Numbered from the stretch's first letter, positions 1-10,071 are shown. The stretch: DNA of 64,000 bases from an uncultured Actinomycetes bacterium (GCA_963797635.1 CAWCPZ010000011.1:386667-450666), one strand, 5' to 3'. The notes: generated by a model from the letters alone, not told the origin. Numbers and translations: made by a program.

Positions 1-1150
1 CGCACCCACCGATGATGGCGATCAGGATGGGCTCGATCAGGGACGTGAGGGCGTCGACCGCCGCCTCGACCTCCTGGTCGTAGAACTGGGCGACCTTCTC
101 GAGCATGGTGTCCACCTGCCCGGTCTCCTCACCGACGGCGATCATCTGCACCACCATGGGCGGGAACACCTCGTGCCGGCCGAGCGGCTTCGCGATCGAT
201 TCACCTTCACGGACGCTGGTTTGGACGTCGGTCACCGCTCGGGCGATCACCCGGTTGTTCACCGTGTCCACCACGATGTCCAGGGCCTGCAGGATCGGGA
301 CGCCGGCCCGGAGCAGCATGGCCAGCGTGCTCGAGAACCGCGACAGCGCGGTCTTGTGGAACAGCGATCCGAACACCGGGACCCTGAGCTTGAGCCGGTC
401 GATCGCGTCGCGGCCCTTGTCGGTCGCCTTCCACCGACGGAAGAAGAACCGGAACGCGAACACGCCCGCGATGATCATCCACCAGAACTTCTTGGCCATC
501 TGGGACGCGAAGAGCAAGGCGCGTGTCGGAAGCGGCAGCGTGCCGCCCAGCTGGCTGTAGATGCCCTCGAACTGCGGCACCACGAAGAACAGCATCGCGC
601 TCATGATCAGCAGCACCAGCACGATCACGGCGATGGGATAGGTCATCGCCGACTTGATCTTGCCGCGCAGATGCACCTCGCGTTCGAGCATCGAGGCCAG
701 CGAGAGCAACGTGGTGTCCAGCGAACCGCCGGTCTCACCGGACTTCACCATGGACACGTACAGCTCGTTGAACACCTTGGGGTGCTTCGCCATGGCCCCG
801 GACAGGGAGGCGCCCTGTTCGACGTCCATCCGCGTCTCGTTCAGGGTCTCGCCCAGCAGCTTGTTCTCGGTCTGGTCGGCCAGGATCGAGAGCGCGCGCA
901 GGATCGGCAGACCGGAGTTGATCATCGTGGCGAACTGCCGCGAGAACACCGCCAGGTCCTTGAGCTTGACCTTCGCCTTCTTGACGTTGATCTCGAGGTT
1001 CAGGCCGCGCTTCTCCTTGCCCACCTCGAGGGGCGTGTAGCCCATCTCGCGCAGGCGCTGGAGGACCAGCAGCTCGCTGTCGGCCACGAGGGTTCCCGTG
1101 ACCATGTTCCCGGACTTGTCTCGGACCTTGTATTCGTAGGTGTCGGGCAT
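1..1150 (-). CDS. pilC: type IV pilus assembly platform protein PilC (GspF family), truncated by the window edge
   Basis: My own minus-strand translation from the ATG at 1148-1150 (GGAG upstream) gives MPDTYEYKVRDKSGNMVTG...GLPILRALSILADQTEN...VPQFEGIYSQLGG...PLGRHEVFPPMVVQMIAVGEETGQVD, i.e. two GspF repeats; it is absent from the ORF track because its stop lies beyond position 1. Confidence 0.85.
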   Translation of the reverse strand, partial: MPDTYEYKVRDKSGNMVTGTLVADSELLVLQRLREMGYTPLEVGKEKRGLNLEINVKKAKVKLKDLAVFSRQFATMINSGLPILRALSILADQTENKLLGETLNETRMDVEQGASLSGAMAKHPKVFNELYVSMVKSGETGGSLDTTLLSLASMLEREVHLRGKIKSAMTYPIAVIVLVLLIMSAMLFFVVPQFEGIYSQLGGTLPLPTRALLFASQMAKKFWWMIIAGVFAFRFFFRRWKATDKGRDAIDRLKLRVPVFGSLFHKTALSRFSSTLAMLLRAGVPILQALDIVVDTVNNRVIARAVTDVQTSVREGESIAKPLGRHEVFPPMVVQMIAVGEETGQVDTMLEKVAQFYDQEVEAAVDALTSLIEPILIAIIGGC

Positions 1151-1160
1151 CGTCAGCTCC

Positions 1161-2357
1161 CTACATGCCGCCCATGATCATGCCGCCGCCGCCCGTTGCG
1201 CCGCCGCCCATGTCGATCGAACCGCCGCCGTCGAACCCGGCGCTCGGACCGCCGAGGTTGTTGGCGCCGCCGACCAGCCGTGTGAGTTCCTCGGCGTCAT
1301 GGCACCGCTCGAACGCCATCTGCTGGGTGATGCGGCCCGACTTCACGTGCTGGGCCAGGGACATGTCCATCGTCTGCATCCCGAACCGGCCACCCGCCTG
1401 CATCGACGAGTAGATCTGGTGGACCTTGCCCTCGCGGATCAGGTTCCGGATCGCCGGCGTGGTGATCAGCACCTCACACGCGACCGCGCGGCCTCGACCG
1501 TCGGCCGTCGGGATGAGTTGCTGGGTGACGACGCCCATCAGCGTCGTCGACAGCTGCACCCGCACCTGCTGTTGCTGGTGCGGGGGGAACACGTCGATGA
1601 TGCGGTCGATCGTCTGCGGCGCGTCCTGGGTGTGCAGCGTCGCGAACACGAGGTGGCCGGTCTCGGCGGCGGTGATCGCCGTCGAGATCGTCTCGAGGTC
1701 ACGCATCTCACCGACCAGGATGACGTCGGGGTCCTGGCGCAGGACGTGCTTGAGCGCGTTGCCGAACCCGTGCGTGTCGGCGCCCACCTCGCGCTGGTTC
1801 ACGATGCACGTCTTGTGCTTGTGCAGGAACTCGATCGGGTCCTCGACGGTCATGATGTGACCCTGCCGTTCGGTGTTGACCACGTCGACCATCGAGGCCA
1901 GCGTGGTCGACTTGCCCGAACCCGTCGGACCGGTCACCACGACGAACCCGCGCTGGAACCTCGCGAGGTCGGCGACCGCGGCGGGAAGGCCGAGCTCGTC
2001 GATCGGCTTGATCTCGAAGGGGATCACGCGGAAGGCCGCCCCCACCGAATCGCGCTGCATGAAGACGTTGACACGGAACCGAGCCCGCCCCGGCAACGAG
2101 TACGACATGTCGAGTTCGAGCTCCTGCTCGAAGCGCTCGCGGAGCTTCTGGGGCAGGATCGCGTAGATCATGCCCTGCAGGGCCCTCGGTGAGAGCGCGG
2201 GGTATCCCTCCACGCGCTCCAGATCTCCGTGGACACGCACCACCGGCGGCGAGCCGGCGGTGAGGTGCAGGTCGGAACCTTCCATGTCCAGCAACGCGCC
2301 CAAGAGCTCCGGGATCGGGACCTGGACGTCGTCTTCGACTTGCACGCCTGTGCTCAT
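1161..2357 (-). CDS. pilT: twitching motility ATPase PilT with a ~45 aa Gly-rich C-terminal extension
   Basis: 398 aa ORF; Walker A GPTGSGKST, PilT motifs (IMTVEDPIEF, VILVGEMRD, TGHLVFATLHT, AIRNLIREGK); tail GGPSAGFDGGGSIDMGGGATGGGGMIMGGM. Confidence 0.9.
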   Translation of the reverse strand: MSTGVQVEDDVQVPIPELLGALLDMEGSDLHLTAGSPPVVRVHGDLERVEGYPALSPRALQGMIYAILPQKLRERFEQELELDMSYSLPGRARFRVNVFMQRDSVGAAFRVIPFEIKPIDELGLPAAVADLARFQRGFVVVTGPTGSGKSTTLASMVDVVNTERQGHIMTVEDPIEFLHKHKTCIVNQREVGADTHGFGNALKHVLRQDPDVILVGEMRDLETISTAITAAETGHLVFATLHTQDAPQTIDRIIDVFPPHQQQQVRVQLSTTLMGVVTQQLIPTADGRGRAVACEVLITTPAIRNLIREGKVHQIYSSMQAGGRFGMQTMDMSLAQHVKSGRITQQMAFERCHDAEELTRLVGGANNLGGPSAGFDGGGSIDMGGGATGGGGMIMGGM

Positions 2358-2358
2358 G

Positions 2359-4045
2359 TCACTTCACCACCCTCGCAACTTCCTCGATGGACGTGATGCC
2401 CATCCGGACCTTCTCCAGACCGTCATCGCGGAGCGTGATCATGCCCTGCTGGATGGCGACCGTCTTGATGGATTCGGCAGATGCACGTTCGACCGTGAGT
2501 CGTTCGATCTCCTCGGTCATCGGCATCACCTCGTACAGCCCCATCCGGCCTCGGTAGCCGGTGTTGGAACATGCGGCGCAGCCCACCGGCCGGTGGATCT
2601 GCGTGATCTCGGGCCACAGCCACTCCGGGTAGCCCGCCTGCTGCAGCTCGAGCTCCTCGGGCGCATACGGCTCCTTGCAGCGCTCGCACAGCACCCGCGC
2701 GAGCCTCTGCGCCACGACCGCGTCGATCGCCGAGGCCACGAGGAACGTCTCGACGTCCATCTCGGTGAGTCGCGTGATCGCGCTGGGCGCATCGTTCGTG
2801 TGCAGCGAGGTCAGGACGAGGTGACCCGTGAGGGCCGCCTCGATCGCGATCGTGGCCGTCTCCTTGTCGCGGACCTCACCGATCAGGACGATGTCGGGGT
2901 CGGCGCGCAGGATCGAACGGAGGGCGGCGGCGAACGTCAGCCCCGCCTTCGGGTTCACCTGCATCTGGTTCACGCCGGCGAGCCGGTACTCGACCGGGTC
3001 CTCGACGGTGATGATGTTCTTGTCTTCCTCGTTGAGGATGTTGAGCGTGGAGTACATCGTGGTCGACTTCCCCGACCCCGTGGGGCCGGTGACCAGGATC
3101 GCGCCGTAGGGCTTCTTGAAGGACTTCGAGAACTGCTTGTAGGACTCCTCCAGGAAGCCGAGGTCCTCCAGGCGCAGCAGCGCGTTCGACTTGTCCAGGA
3201 CTCGGATGACCACCTTCTCGCCGTGCACCGTCGGCAGGGTGGCGACACGCAGGTCGAGCTGCTTGCCGCCCACCTTCATGCTGATGCGACCGTCCTGGGG
3301 AACCCGCTTCTCGGCGATGTTCAGCTCGGCCATGACCTTGAGACGGCTGATCAGGCCGCCCTGGATGTTCTTGGGCGCGGGGGGCATCGGCTCGTGCAAC
3401 ACGCCGTCCACCCGGAAGCGGATCCGGACGTTCCGCTCGGCCGGTTCGATGTGGACGTCGGAGGCGCGGTCGCCGACGGCCTGGGTCATGATCGCGTTGA
3501 CGAGCTTGACGATGGGGGCGTCCTCCAGCGCCGCCTCCATCTGCTCCTCTTCGCCTTCGATCGCATCGGCCGCGACGTTGGCGAGGGCTTCGACCTGGCC
3601 GTCCATGCCCGGCGAACTTCTGGATCGCGCGTTCGACGTCGCCGGCCGTCGCGACCAGCGGCTGGACGTCACGGTTCGTGATCGTGCGGATGTCGTCGAG
3701 CGCGTAGACGTTCGCGGGGTCGGACATCGCCACGAGGAGCTTGCCGTCGCGTTCGCCGATGGGGATCGCGCGGTACCGGCGGGCGAGCGCTTCGGGGAGC
3801 AGCGTCGTGGCGGTGGGATCGATCGGGTGTTCGGCGAGGTCGACGAATTCGAGGCCGACCTGTTCGGCGAGCGCCCGGACGAGGTCGCCCTCCTTGATCA
3901 TGCCCATGTCGATCAGCACGCGGCCGATCGACTTGGGCGTGCGCCGGTGTTCCTCGAGCGCTTGCTCGAGCTGTTCCGGCGTGATCATGCCCAGCTCGAT
4001 CAGGATCTGACCGAGCTGTTTCGACTTGCGCTTGACCGTGGTCAT
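2359..4045 (-). CDS. pilB: type IV pilus assembly ATPase PilB (GspE family); reading frame broken by a single-base indel near 3608
   Basis: N-terminal GspE N-domain (MTTVKRKSKQLGQILIELGMITPEQL...AIQKFAG) lies in ORF 2876..4045. ATPase domain (MDGQVEALANV...GPTGSGKSTTMY...LTGHLVLTSLHTND...CAACSNTGYRGR) lies in ORF 2359..3672. Removing one G from the GGG at 3608-3610 (minus sense) joins FAG to MDGQVE in frame. Confidence 0.85.
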
Positions 4046-4126
4046 CGCCGTCCTCGAGGTCTGTTCAGGTGCGGGCGTCGGAGCCCGATGCTTGCGTTCG
4101 GTCTAGGTCATCAGGAACTTGCTTCG

Positions 4127-4939
4127 TCATCGTCCGAGTCCACCTGAAGCAATCCCGAGAACTCTTTGGCCAGCAGCACCCGGTCGACCTCCGCGTCGTC
4201 GTCGCCCCCGCCTTCGGCGCGCGGCCGAGACCAGCTTCTTGGGCTCTTTCGTGAGCGCCGAGGCCGCTGCGGCATCTGCCGCCTCACCCGATCCCCCGAC
4301 GGGCGCGTCCGGCGGGAGCGAAGGCGCCTCGGACGCCGTGAGCGGTGGATCGGTGGCCGACGCATCGCCGCCGCTGTTCGCGAACGAAGGCTCGGACGCA
4401 TCGGGTCCGCGGCGCCAGTGCCCATCGCCCGGCGGGGCCTCCATGAGCTCGTCGGCGGCCGGGATCGCCGCGACCACCTCTTCGGCCTGCGGCTTGCCGG
4501 CCGCGGGGTGCAGGGAGGTGCGCGGCTTGCCGGAAGGCGCCGATGCGGCGTCCGGCAGGCGGACCGCCTCACGCTTGGACCGGCCCTCTTCGGCCGCCAG
4601 GAGCACCTGCTCCATCTGGTCGACCAGGATGCCCGGTCGGGTGCCGGGCTCGGCCACGGAGAACGCCGCGTACGGGCCCCGTTTGACGAACGCCCACACC
4701 TGATCGGGGAACTCCACGAAGCTCTTGTCGGGCTCCCCCAGGGTGACGAACTTCAGCCAGGCCGACTTCGCCGGGCCCTCGTCGTTCTCGGGGAAGGAAC
4801 CCAGCACCAAGCCGTCCCTGGACAGGATCAATGAGCCCCGCACACCGGACACGGTGACCCCGATCCGCTGTGCGAGCGCGGAATAGTCGTCCATCTCCCT
4901 GGCAGCATCGTCGGGCCGGTGGGGGTGCTTGAGGTTCAC
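4127..4939 (-). CDS. Roadblock/LC7 (MglB-like) domain protein with a long low-complexity Ala/Pro/Asp/Glu-rich C-terminal tail; start uncertain (GTG 4939 or ATG 4894)
   Basis: ORF 4127..5041; core SALAQRIGVTVSGVRGSLILSRDGLVLGSFPENDEGPAKSAWLKFVTLGEPDKSFVEFPDQVWAFVKRGPYAAFSV matches the Roadblock/LC7 fold signature; the upstream part of the ORF overlaps the aroE stop, so the true start is internal. Confidence 0.5.
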   Translation of the reverse strand: MNLKHPHRPDDAAREMDDYSALAQRIGVTVSGVRGSLILSRDGLVLGSFPENDEGPAKSAWLKFVTLGEPDKSFVEFPDQVWAFVKRGPYAAFSVAEPGTRPGILVDQMEQVLLAAEEGRSKREAVRLPDAASAPSGKPRTSLHPAAGKPQAEEVVAAIPAADELMEAPPGDGHWRRGPDASEPSFANSGGDASATDPPLTASEAPSLPPDAPVGGSGEAADAAAASALTKEPKKLVSAARRRRGRRRRGGRPGAAGQRVLGIASGGLGR

Positions 4940-4968
4940 GTACCCGAGATCGGGGATTTCGGTGGTGA

Positions 4969-5835
4969 TCAGGCCTGGTCGGCGGAGGCAGCACGCGCCG
5001 CGTCCGCCATGACGGCGAGCGGCGCCGGCCGTTCGGTCCATCGTTCGAACGACAGCGCCGCCTGATGCACGAGGAGGCCCAGCCCGGAGAACGAGGCGGC
5101 TCCCGTTCGTTCGGCCGAGGCGAGCAGGGGCGTCATCGAGCGGTACACCAGGTCGACCACGATCACCGTGGGACCCAGAGCCGGAGCGGGAAGCGTCCCG
5201 ACCCCGTCGGCGCCTACGGGCGTGGCGTTGACGACCAGATCCGCCTCGGATCCGGTGGCCTCCTCGAGCGGGACCGCCCGAACCTCGACAGGGAACCCGT
5301 CGAGGAGTTCCACGATGGCCATGGCCGTGGCGGGTTCACGCGCCGCCACCGTGAGGGCGGCCACCCCGCTCCTGGCCAGCGCCAGGGCCACCGCCCGTGC
5401 GGCGCCACCGGCGCCGAAGAGCAACGCGCTCGCCCCACGGGCCTCGAACCCGGCGTCGGCCTGCAGGAACCGTTCGAACCCCGGGGCGTCGGTGTTGTCG
5501 CCCAGGATCGCCCCGTTCTGCACGGTGAGCGTGTTGGCCGCCCTCAGCAGGCGCGCGTCCTCGGTGAGCTCGTCGGCGAGGTCCGCGGCCTCGGTCTTGT
5601 GCGGCATCGTGACGTTCGCCCCCTCGAACCCCAACGCCACGAGCCCGGCGAGCGCCTGCGGCAGGGTGCCCGGCGCCACCGGCAACGGGAGGTAGACCCA
5701 GGGCAGACCCATCGAACGGAACGCCGCGTTGTGGATCGCGGGCGACAGGCTGTGCTCGACCGGCCAGCCGATCACGCCCAGGGTTCGCGTGCCCCCATGG
5801 ATCGACCTGGCCCGGTCCTGCTCAGAGGCAGACAT
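4969..5835 (-). CDS. aroE: shikimate dehydrogenase
   Basis: 288 aa; GVIGWPVEHSLSPAIHNAAF, NVTMPHK, LGDNTDAPGF, Rossmann GAGGAARAVALAL. Confidence 0.9.
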   Translation of the reverse strand: MSASEQDRARSIHGGTRTLGVIGWPVEHSLSPAIHNAAFRSMGLPWVYLPLPVAPGTLPQALAGLVALGFEGANVTMPHKTEAADLADELTEDARLLRAANTLTVQNGAILGDNTDAPGFERFLQADAGFEARGASALLFGAGGAARAVALALARSGVAALTVAAREPATAMAIVELLDGFPVEVRAVPLEEATGSEADLVVNATPVGADGVGTLPAPALGPTVIVVDLVYRSMTPLLASAERTGAASFSGLGLLVHQAALSFERWTERPAPLAVMADAARAASADQA

Positions 5836-6907
5836 CGACGTTCTCGAGGAACGTGTCGTAGTCGATGCTGAAGCGGTGGCCGCCGTCGTCGCCGCAGGCC
5901 ACGTAGTAGAAGTACCCGACGTCCGCGGGATCGAGGGCCGCCTTGATCGAAGCGAGGCTCGGACTCGCGATCGGCGTCGGCGGGAGCCCCGTATTCAGCC
6001 GGGTGTTGTACGGGCTGTCGATCTCGAAGTCGGGCGTGGTGAGACCGTCGCTGGGGTCGGGGTCGATGTAGCCCACCGTGGCGTCGATCCCCAGGGTCAT
6101 GCCTTCACGCAGCCGGTTGTAGATCACGGCCGAGATCAACGGGCGGTCGGCGTCGATCATGGCTTCCTTCTCGATCATCGAGGCGATCACCATGACCTCG
6201 TACGGGGTGACGTCCAGGGACGCCGCACGATCCCACGGCAGGTCCTTCACCGCGTCCCCGAACTGGTCCAACCCGGTGGTGATGACGTCGTCGGCGGTGG
6301 TGCCCTTCGTGGGGAACCGGTTGGTTTCGGGCCAGATGAATCCCTCGACCGTCGGTGTTCCCGCGGGCAGATAGGGCTCGAGCGAGTACTCCCCGCTGTT
6401 GGCCGCGTCGAGGAACGCCTTCTCGGGGATCTTCAGCGTCTCCTGCAAGGTCGAGGCGATCTCGGTGAGGCGATAGCCGGGCGGGATCAGCACGCTGGTG
6501 GTGGGGATCTTCCTGGGGGCCGTGGTGAGGACCGTGACGATCTCATCGAGCGTCATGCCCGGGTTGAGCTGGTAGTCGCCCGCACGGATCTGGTCGGTCT
6601 TGCCGGTGCCCCGCATCAGGAGGTTGCCGACGAACCCGCTGCAGTTGATCAGGCCCTCGCTCGCGAGGGCGTCGACGACGTCGCCGGCCGACGCCCCGTC
6701 CGGCACCGTGAAGTTCACCGTCTCCTTCGAGGCCTCCGGCGCGGCCTTGCAGCCCGCGTAGTAGTTGCCGGCCCACACGATGGCGCCGACGAGCACGACG
6801 AACGCCACGAACAACACCAGCAGGGTGGTTCGGCGAGGGCGGAGGTCGTCGCGGCGGGGATCGCGGTCATGGCGGGCCGCTCGCCGCGGCGTGGTCTGTG
6901 TCTCCAT
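5822..6907 (-). CDS. mltG: endolytic murein transglycosylase MltG (YceG family)
   Basis: 361 aa; N-terminal TM helix, YceG-like domain (GDYQLNPGMTLDEIV...EKEAMIDADRPLISAVIYNRL...YNTRLNTGLPPTPIASP); conserved position between aroE and ruvX. Confidence 0.85.
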   Translation of the reverse strand: METQTTPRRAARHDRDPRRDDLRPRRTTLLVLFVAFVVLVGAIVWAGNYYAGCKAAPEASKETVNFTVPDGASAGDVVDALASEGLINCSGFVGNLLMRGTGKTDQIRAGDYQLNPGMTLDEIVTVLTTAPRKIPTTSVLIPPGYRLTEIASTLQETLKIPEKAFLDAANSGEYSLEPYLPAGTPTVEGFIWPETNRFPTKGTTADDVITTGLDQFGDAVKDLPWDRAASLDVTPYEVMVIASMIEKEAMIDADRPLISAVIYNRLREGMTLGIDATVGYIDPDPSDGLTTPDFEIDSPYNTRLNTGLPPTPIASPSLASIKAALDPADVGYFYYVACGDDGGHRFSIDYDTFLENVDVCL

Positions 6908-6955
6908 CCACGAGGAGGATACCGGGCGGGGCCTTCAGGGGCAGACGCCTTGCGC

Positions 6956-7414
6956 TCAGACGGAACCCCGCGGCCCGGCATCCAGCCAGGCCTGCAGGAT
7001 CACCGCGGCGGCGGTTCGATCCACCACGCGGCGTCGTTCCGGGCCCTTGATGCCGGCCTCCCGCAACGAACGCTCGGCTTCCACGGTGGAGAGGCGCTCG
7101 TCCTGCAGTTCGACGGGCACCGAAAGGATCGCGCGGAGGCCGTCGGCGAAGGCCTCCGCCTGCTGGGCACGGGCCCCGGACTCGCCCGACATGGACCGTG
7201 GGTGCCCCAGCACCACGACGGTGGCGTCGTGCTCGGCGACCAGGGCGGCGACCGCCTTCAGCTCGCCCGGCGGCTGGCCCACGTGGATCGTGCCGATGGG
7301 AACCGCGAGGCGTCGATCAGGGTCGGACACGGCGACGCCGATCCGCGCATCACCGAGATCGAGGCCGAGCGCCCTGCCGTGGGCGCCCCCGGTCTCACCG
7401 GGCTGGTGACCCAT
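6956..7414 (-). CDS. ruvX: Holliday junction resolvase-like / pre-16S rRNA nuclease YqgF (RuvX)
   Basis: 152 aa; LGLDLGDARIGVAVSD...VVVLGHPRSMSGESG; immediately downstream of alaS. Confidence 0.85.
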   Translation of the reverse strand: MGHQPGETGGAHGRALGLDLGDARIGVAVSDPDRRLAVPIGTIHVGQPPGELKAVAALVAEHDATVVVLGHPRSMSGESGARAQQAEAFADGLRAILSVPVELQDERLSTVEAERSLREAGIKGPERRRVVDRTAAAVILQAWLDAGPRGSV

Positions 7415-7416
7415 CG

Positions 7417-10050
7417 CTAGCGAGCTCCGAGGAGCTCCTCGAGGCGTGCCGGGATGCCGCCGAGCGCATCCGAGACCCGCTCGGGGTGCTTGCCTCCCGC
7501 GTTGGCCAGGATGTCCTTGCCGCCGGCCCCCCCGCCGATCACCGTGGCGGCGGTCGCCAGGATCGCGGGGGCGGTGACCCCTCGCTCGACGGCAGGCCCG
7601 GTGACCGCGGCCACCAACATCGCCTTGCCGCCCTCGCCGTTGCCCACGACGATCGCGGCCGCCCGATCCGACAGCTGGTCGCGGACCTTCTGCGCCAGGT
7701 CGCGCAACCCGCCGGGATCCTCCCCCGGGACCTCCGAGACCACGAGCGCCACGCCGTCGACCGGGACGGCGCCCTCCACCAGGGCGGTGATGACCGCGTC
7801 GCGGTCACCCGCGCGCAGGCGGCCGAGCTCGCCCTTGAGGCGCTTGTTCTCCTCGACGATCCGGCGTGCGTGCTCGGCGGCCGTGGCGGGGTCGTTCGAC
7901 CCGACGGCCTCGACGAGGCCACGCAGCAGCGCGCGTTCGGCGTTGATCTCGAGCAGGGCGTCGGGTCCCACGAGCGCCTCGATGCGACGCATCCCGGACC
8001 CGATCGAACCCTCGTGCAGGATGCGCACCACCGCGACGTGGCCCGTGTGGTGCACGTGGGTGCCGCCGCACAGCTCCTTGGAATAGTCCCCGATCTCCAC
8101 GACGCGGACCGTGTCCCCGTACTTCTCGCCGAACAGCGCCACGGCGCCGAGGCCCTTCGCCTCGTCCATGCTCATCTCGGTGGCACGGACCTCGTCGTCC
8201 ATGGCCAGTCGCCGGTTGGCCTCGAGTTCGGCGCCCTCCAGGGTCTCGAGCGGGACGGCGTTCGGATGGCGGAAGTCGAACCGCAGCCGGCCGGGCGCCA
8301 CCAGCGAACCGGCCTGACGGGCGTGCTCGCCGAGCACCTGCTTCAACGTCCAGTGCACGACGTGCGTGGAGGTGTGGGCGCGCGCGGTCGCCTCACGGCG
8401 GCCCACGTCGATCGCGGCGTGGGCGACCTGGCCCGGGCGGATCTCCCCGGACTCGACGGTCCCCACGTGCATCGTGGCATGCCCGCCGGCGGGCACGGTG
8501 TCGGTGACGCGAACCATGCCGGTGTCGGTGCGGATCAGGCCCTGGTCCCCCACCTGACCGCCGCCCTCGGCGTAGAACGGCGTGCGGTCGAGGAACACGC
8601 GCACGGCCTGGCCCTCTTCGGCGGCCTCGAGCTGTTCGGAGCCGTCGTCCAGGACCAACGCGATCGGCGTTTCGGCCTGGGTCTCGTGGTAGCCGACGAA
8701 CTCGGTGGGCGGGACGGCGCCCGCTTCGAGACCGACCTCGACCTTCTTGCGTGCCGCACGCGCACGGTCGCGCTGTTCCTGGAGCAGTTCGGCGAACCGG
8801 TCGGTGTCGACCGTGAGTCCGGCCTCGGCCGCCCATTCCTGGATCTGTTCGCGCGGGATCCCGAACGTGTCCGACAGCGCGAACGCATCGTCGCCCGAGA
8901 TCCGCGAACCCTCTGCCCGGCCCTTGGCGTCTTCGAAGAGCACGAGCCCTTTGCCCAGGGTGGCGGAGAACCGGTCCTCCTCGGAGTCGGCCACCTGGCG
9001 CACGAACGCCTCGTTCTCCCGGAGTTCCGGGTAGGCGTCGCCGAACCCGTCGATCACCGTGGTGATGATGGGATCGAGCACGCTGCCCTCGATCCCCAGC
9101 CGGCGACCGTGTGAGACCGCGCGCCGCAACATGCGGCGCAGGATGTATCCGCGCCCCTCGTTCGAGGGCTGCACCCCGTCGGCGATCAGGAACGTGGTGG
9201 CGCGGCCGTGTTCGGCCACGATCTTGAGGGACACGTCGTCGTTCGGGTCCTCGCCGTGACGCTTGCCGGAGCGCCGCTCGGCTTCCTCGAGGGTGGGGCT
9301 GAACAGGTCGGTCTCGAACACGTTGTCGACGCCCTGCAGGATCATCGCCACCCGTTCGAGCGAGGAACCGGTGTCGACGTTCTTGCCCGGCAGCGGCGCC
9401 ACGACCTCGAGGTCGCCGTCGACCTGTTCCTGCATGAACACCAGGTTCCAGATCTCCATGAAGCGCTCTTCGTCGACATCGGGACCGCCGTCGGGACCGT
9501 AGCGAGGCCCGCGGTCCACGAAGATCTCCGAGCAGGGGCCGGCGGGGCCGGCGGCGTGGGTGTGCCAGTAGTTCGCGAGCTCGCCTTCCTCGTCGAGCTT
9601 GCCGCGACGCACGATCCGGTCGGGCGCGATACCCGCCAGGTCGACCCAGGCCGAGGCCGCCTCCTCGTCCTGGTCGTAGACCGTGACCCACAGCAGGTCG
9701 TGATCGATCCCGTACCCCTCGGTGATCAGCTCGTGCGCCCACGTGATCGCCTCGGCCTTGAAGTAGTCGGCGAACGAGAAGTTCCCGAGCATCTCGAAGA
9801 AGGTCTCGTGCCTGGCGTCGTGGCCCACGTTCTCGATGTCGTTCGTGCGCATCACCTTCTGCGAGGTGACGGCACGCGGATACGGCGCCGATGCCTGACC
9901 CAGGAAGTACGGGATGAACTGGTTCATGCCCGCGTTCGTCAGCAGCAGGCCCGACTCGGGCGGTGGGATCAGTGACGAGCTCTGGACGCGCTTGTGATCG
10001 CGTTCTTCGAAGAACGACAGGAACGACTCGCGGATCCGGTGGCCTTCCAC
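7417..10050 (-). CDS. alaS: alanine--tRNA ligase
   Basis: 877 aa; FLSFFEERDHKRVQSSSLIP, LLLTNAGMNQF, editing-domain HxxxH motifs, C-terminal DHHA1 domain. Confidence 0.95.
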   Translation of the reverse strand: MEGHRIRESFLSFFEERDHKRVQSSSLIPPPESGLLLTNAGMNQFIPYFLGQASAPYPRAVTSQKVMRTNDIENVGHDARHETFFEMLGNFSFADYFKAEAITWAHELITEGYGIDHDLLWVTVYDQDEEAASAWVDLAGIAPDRIVRRGKLDEEGELANYWHTHAAGPAGPCSEIFVDRGPRYGPDGGPDVDEERFMEIWNLVFMQEQVDGDLEVVAPLPGKNVDTGSSLERVAMILQGVDNVFETDLFSPTLEEAERRSGKRHGEDPNDDVSLKIVAEHGRATTFLIADGVQPSNEGRGYILRRMLRRAVSHGRRLGIEGSVLDPIITTVIDGFGDAYPELRENEAFVRQVADSEEDRFSATLGKGLVLFEDAKGRAEGSRISGDDAFALSDTFGIPREQIQEWAAEAGLTVDTDRFAELLQEQRDRARAARKKVEVGLEAGAVPPTEFVGYHETQAETPIALVLDDGSEQLEAAEEGQAVRVFLDRTPFYAEGGGQVGDQGLIRTDTGMVRVTDTVPAGGHATMHVGTVESGEIRPGQVAHAAIDVGRREATARAHTSTHVVHWTLKQVLGEHARQAGSLVAPGRLRFDFRHPNAVPLETLEGAELEANRRLAMDDEVRATEMSMDEAKGLGAVALFGEKYGDTVRVVEIGDYSKELCGGTHVHHTGHVAVVRILHEGSIGSGMRRIEALVGPDALLEINAERALLRGLVEAVGSNDPATAAEHARRIVEENKRLKGELGRLRAGDRDAVITALVEGAVPVDGVALVVSEVPGEDPGGLRDLAQKVRDQLSDRAAAIVVGNGEGGKAMLVAAVTGPAVERGVTAPAILATAATVIGGGAGGKDILANAGGKHPERVSDALGGIPARLEELLGAR

Positions 10051-10071
10051 GCCGGGGAGTCTACCGGTGGG

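Noticed and set aside
173-1177. Long plus-strand ORFs throughout the window (e.g. 173..1177, 2170..3681, 5729..7420, 7198..9114, 12446..14326, 14274..15821, 16237..18051, 39603..42365, 52018..55002, 58094..59331)
   Set aside because: All lie antisense to strongly supported minus-strand genes, and their products are Arg/Gly/Pro/His-rich low-complexity strings. This is the typical stop-codon-poor shadow ORF of ~70% GC DNA.
4111-4572. Alternative minus-strand ORF ending ...GGGDDDAEVDRVLLAKEFSGLLQVDSDDDEASS as the true C-terminus of the Roadblock protein
   Set aside because: It cannot be decided from sequence alone. The N-terminal 120 residues of that ORF are Arg/Pro nonsense, and no clean junction with the Roadblock core frame was found. 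I kept the single-frame call with low confidence.
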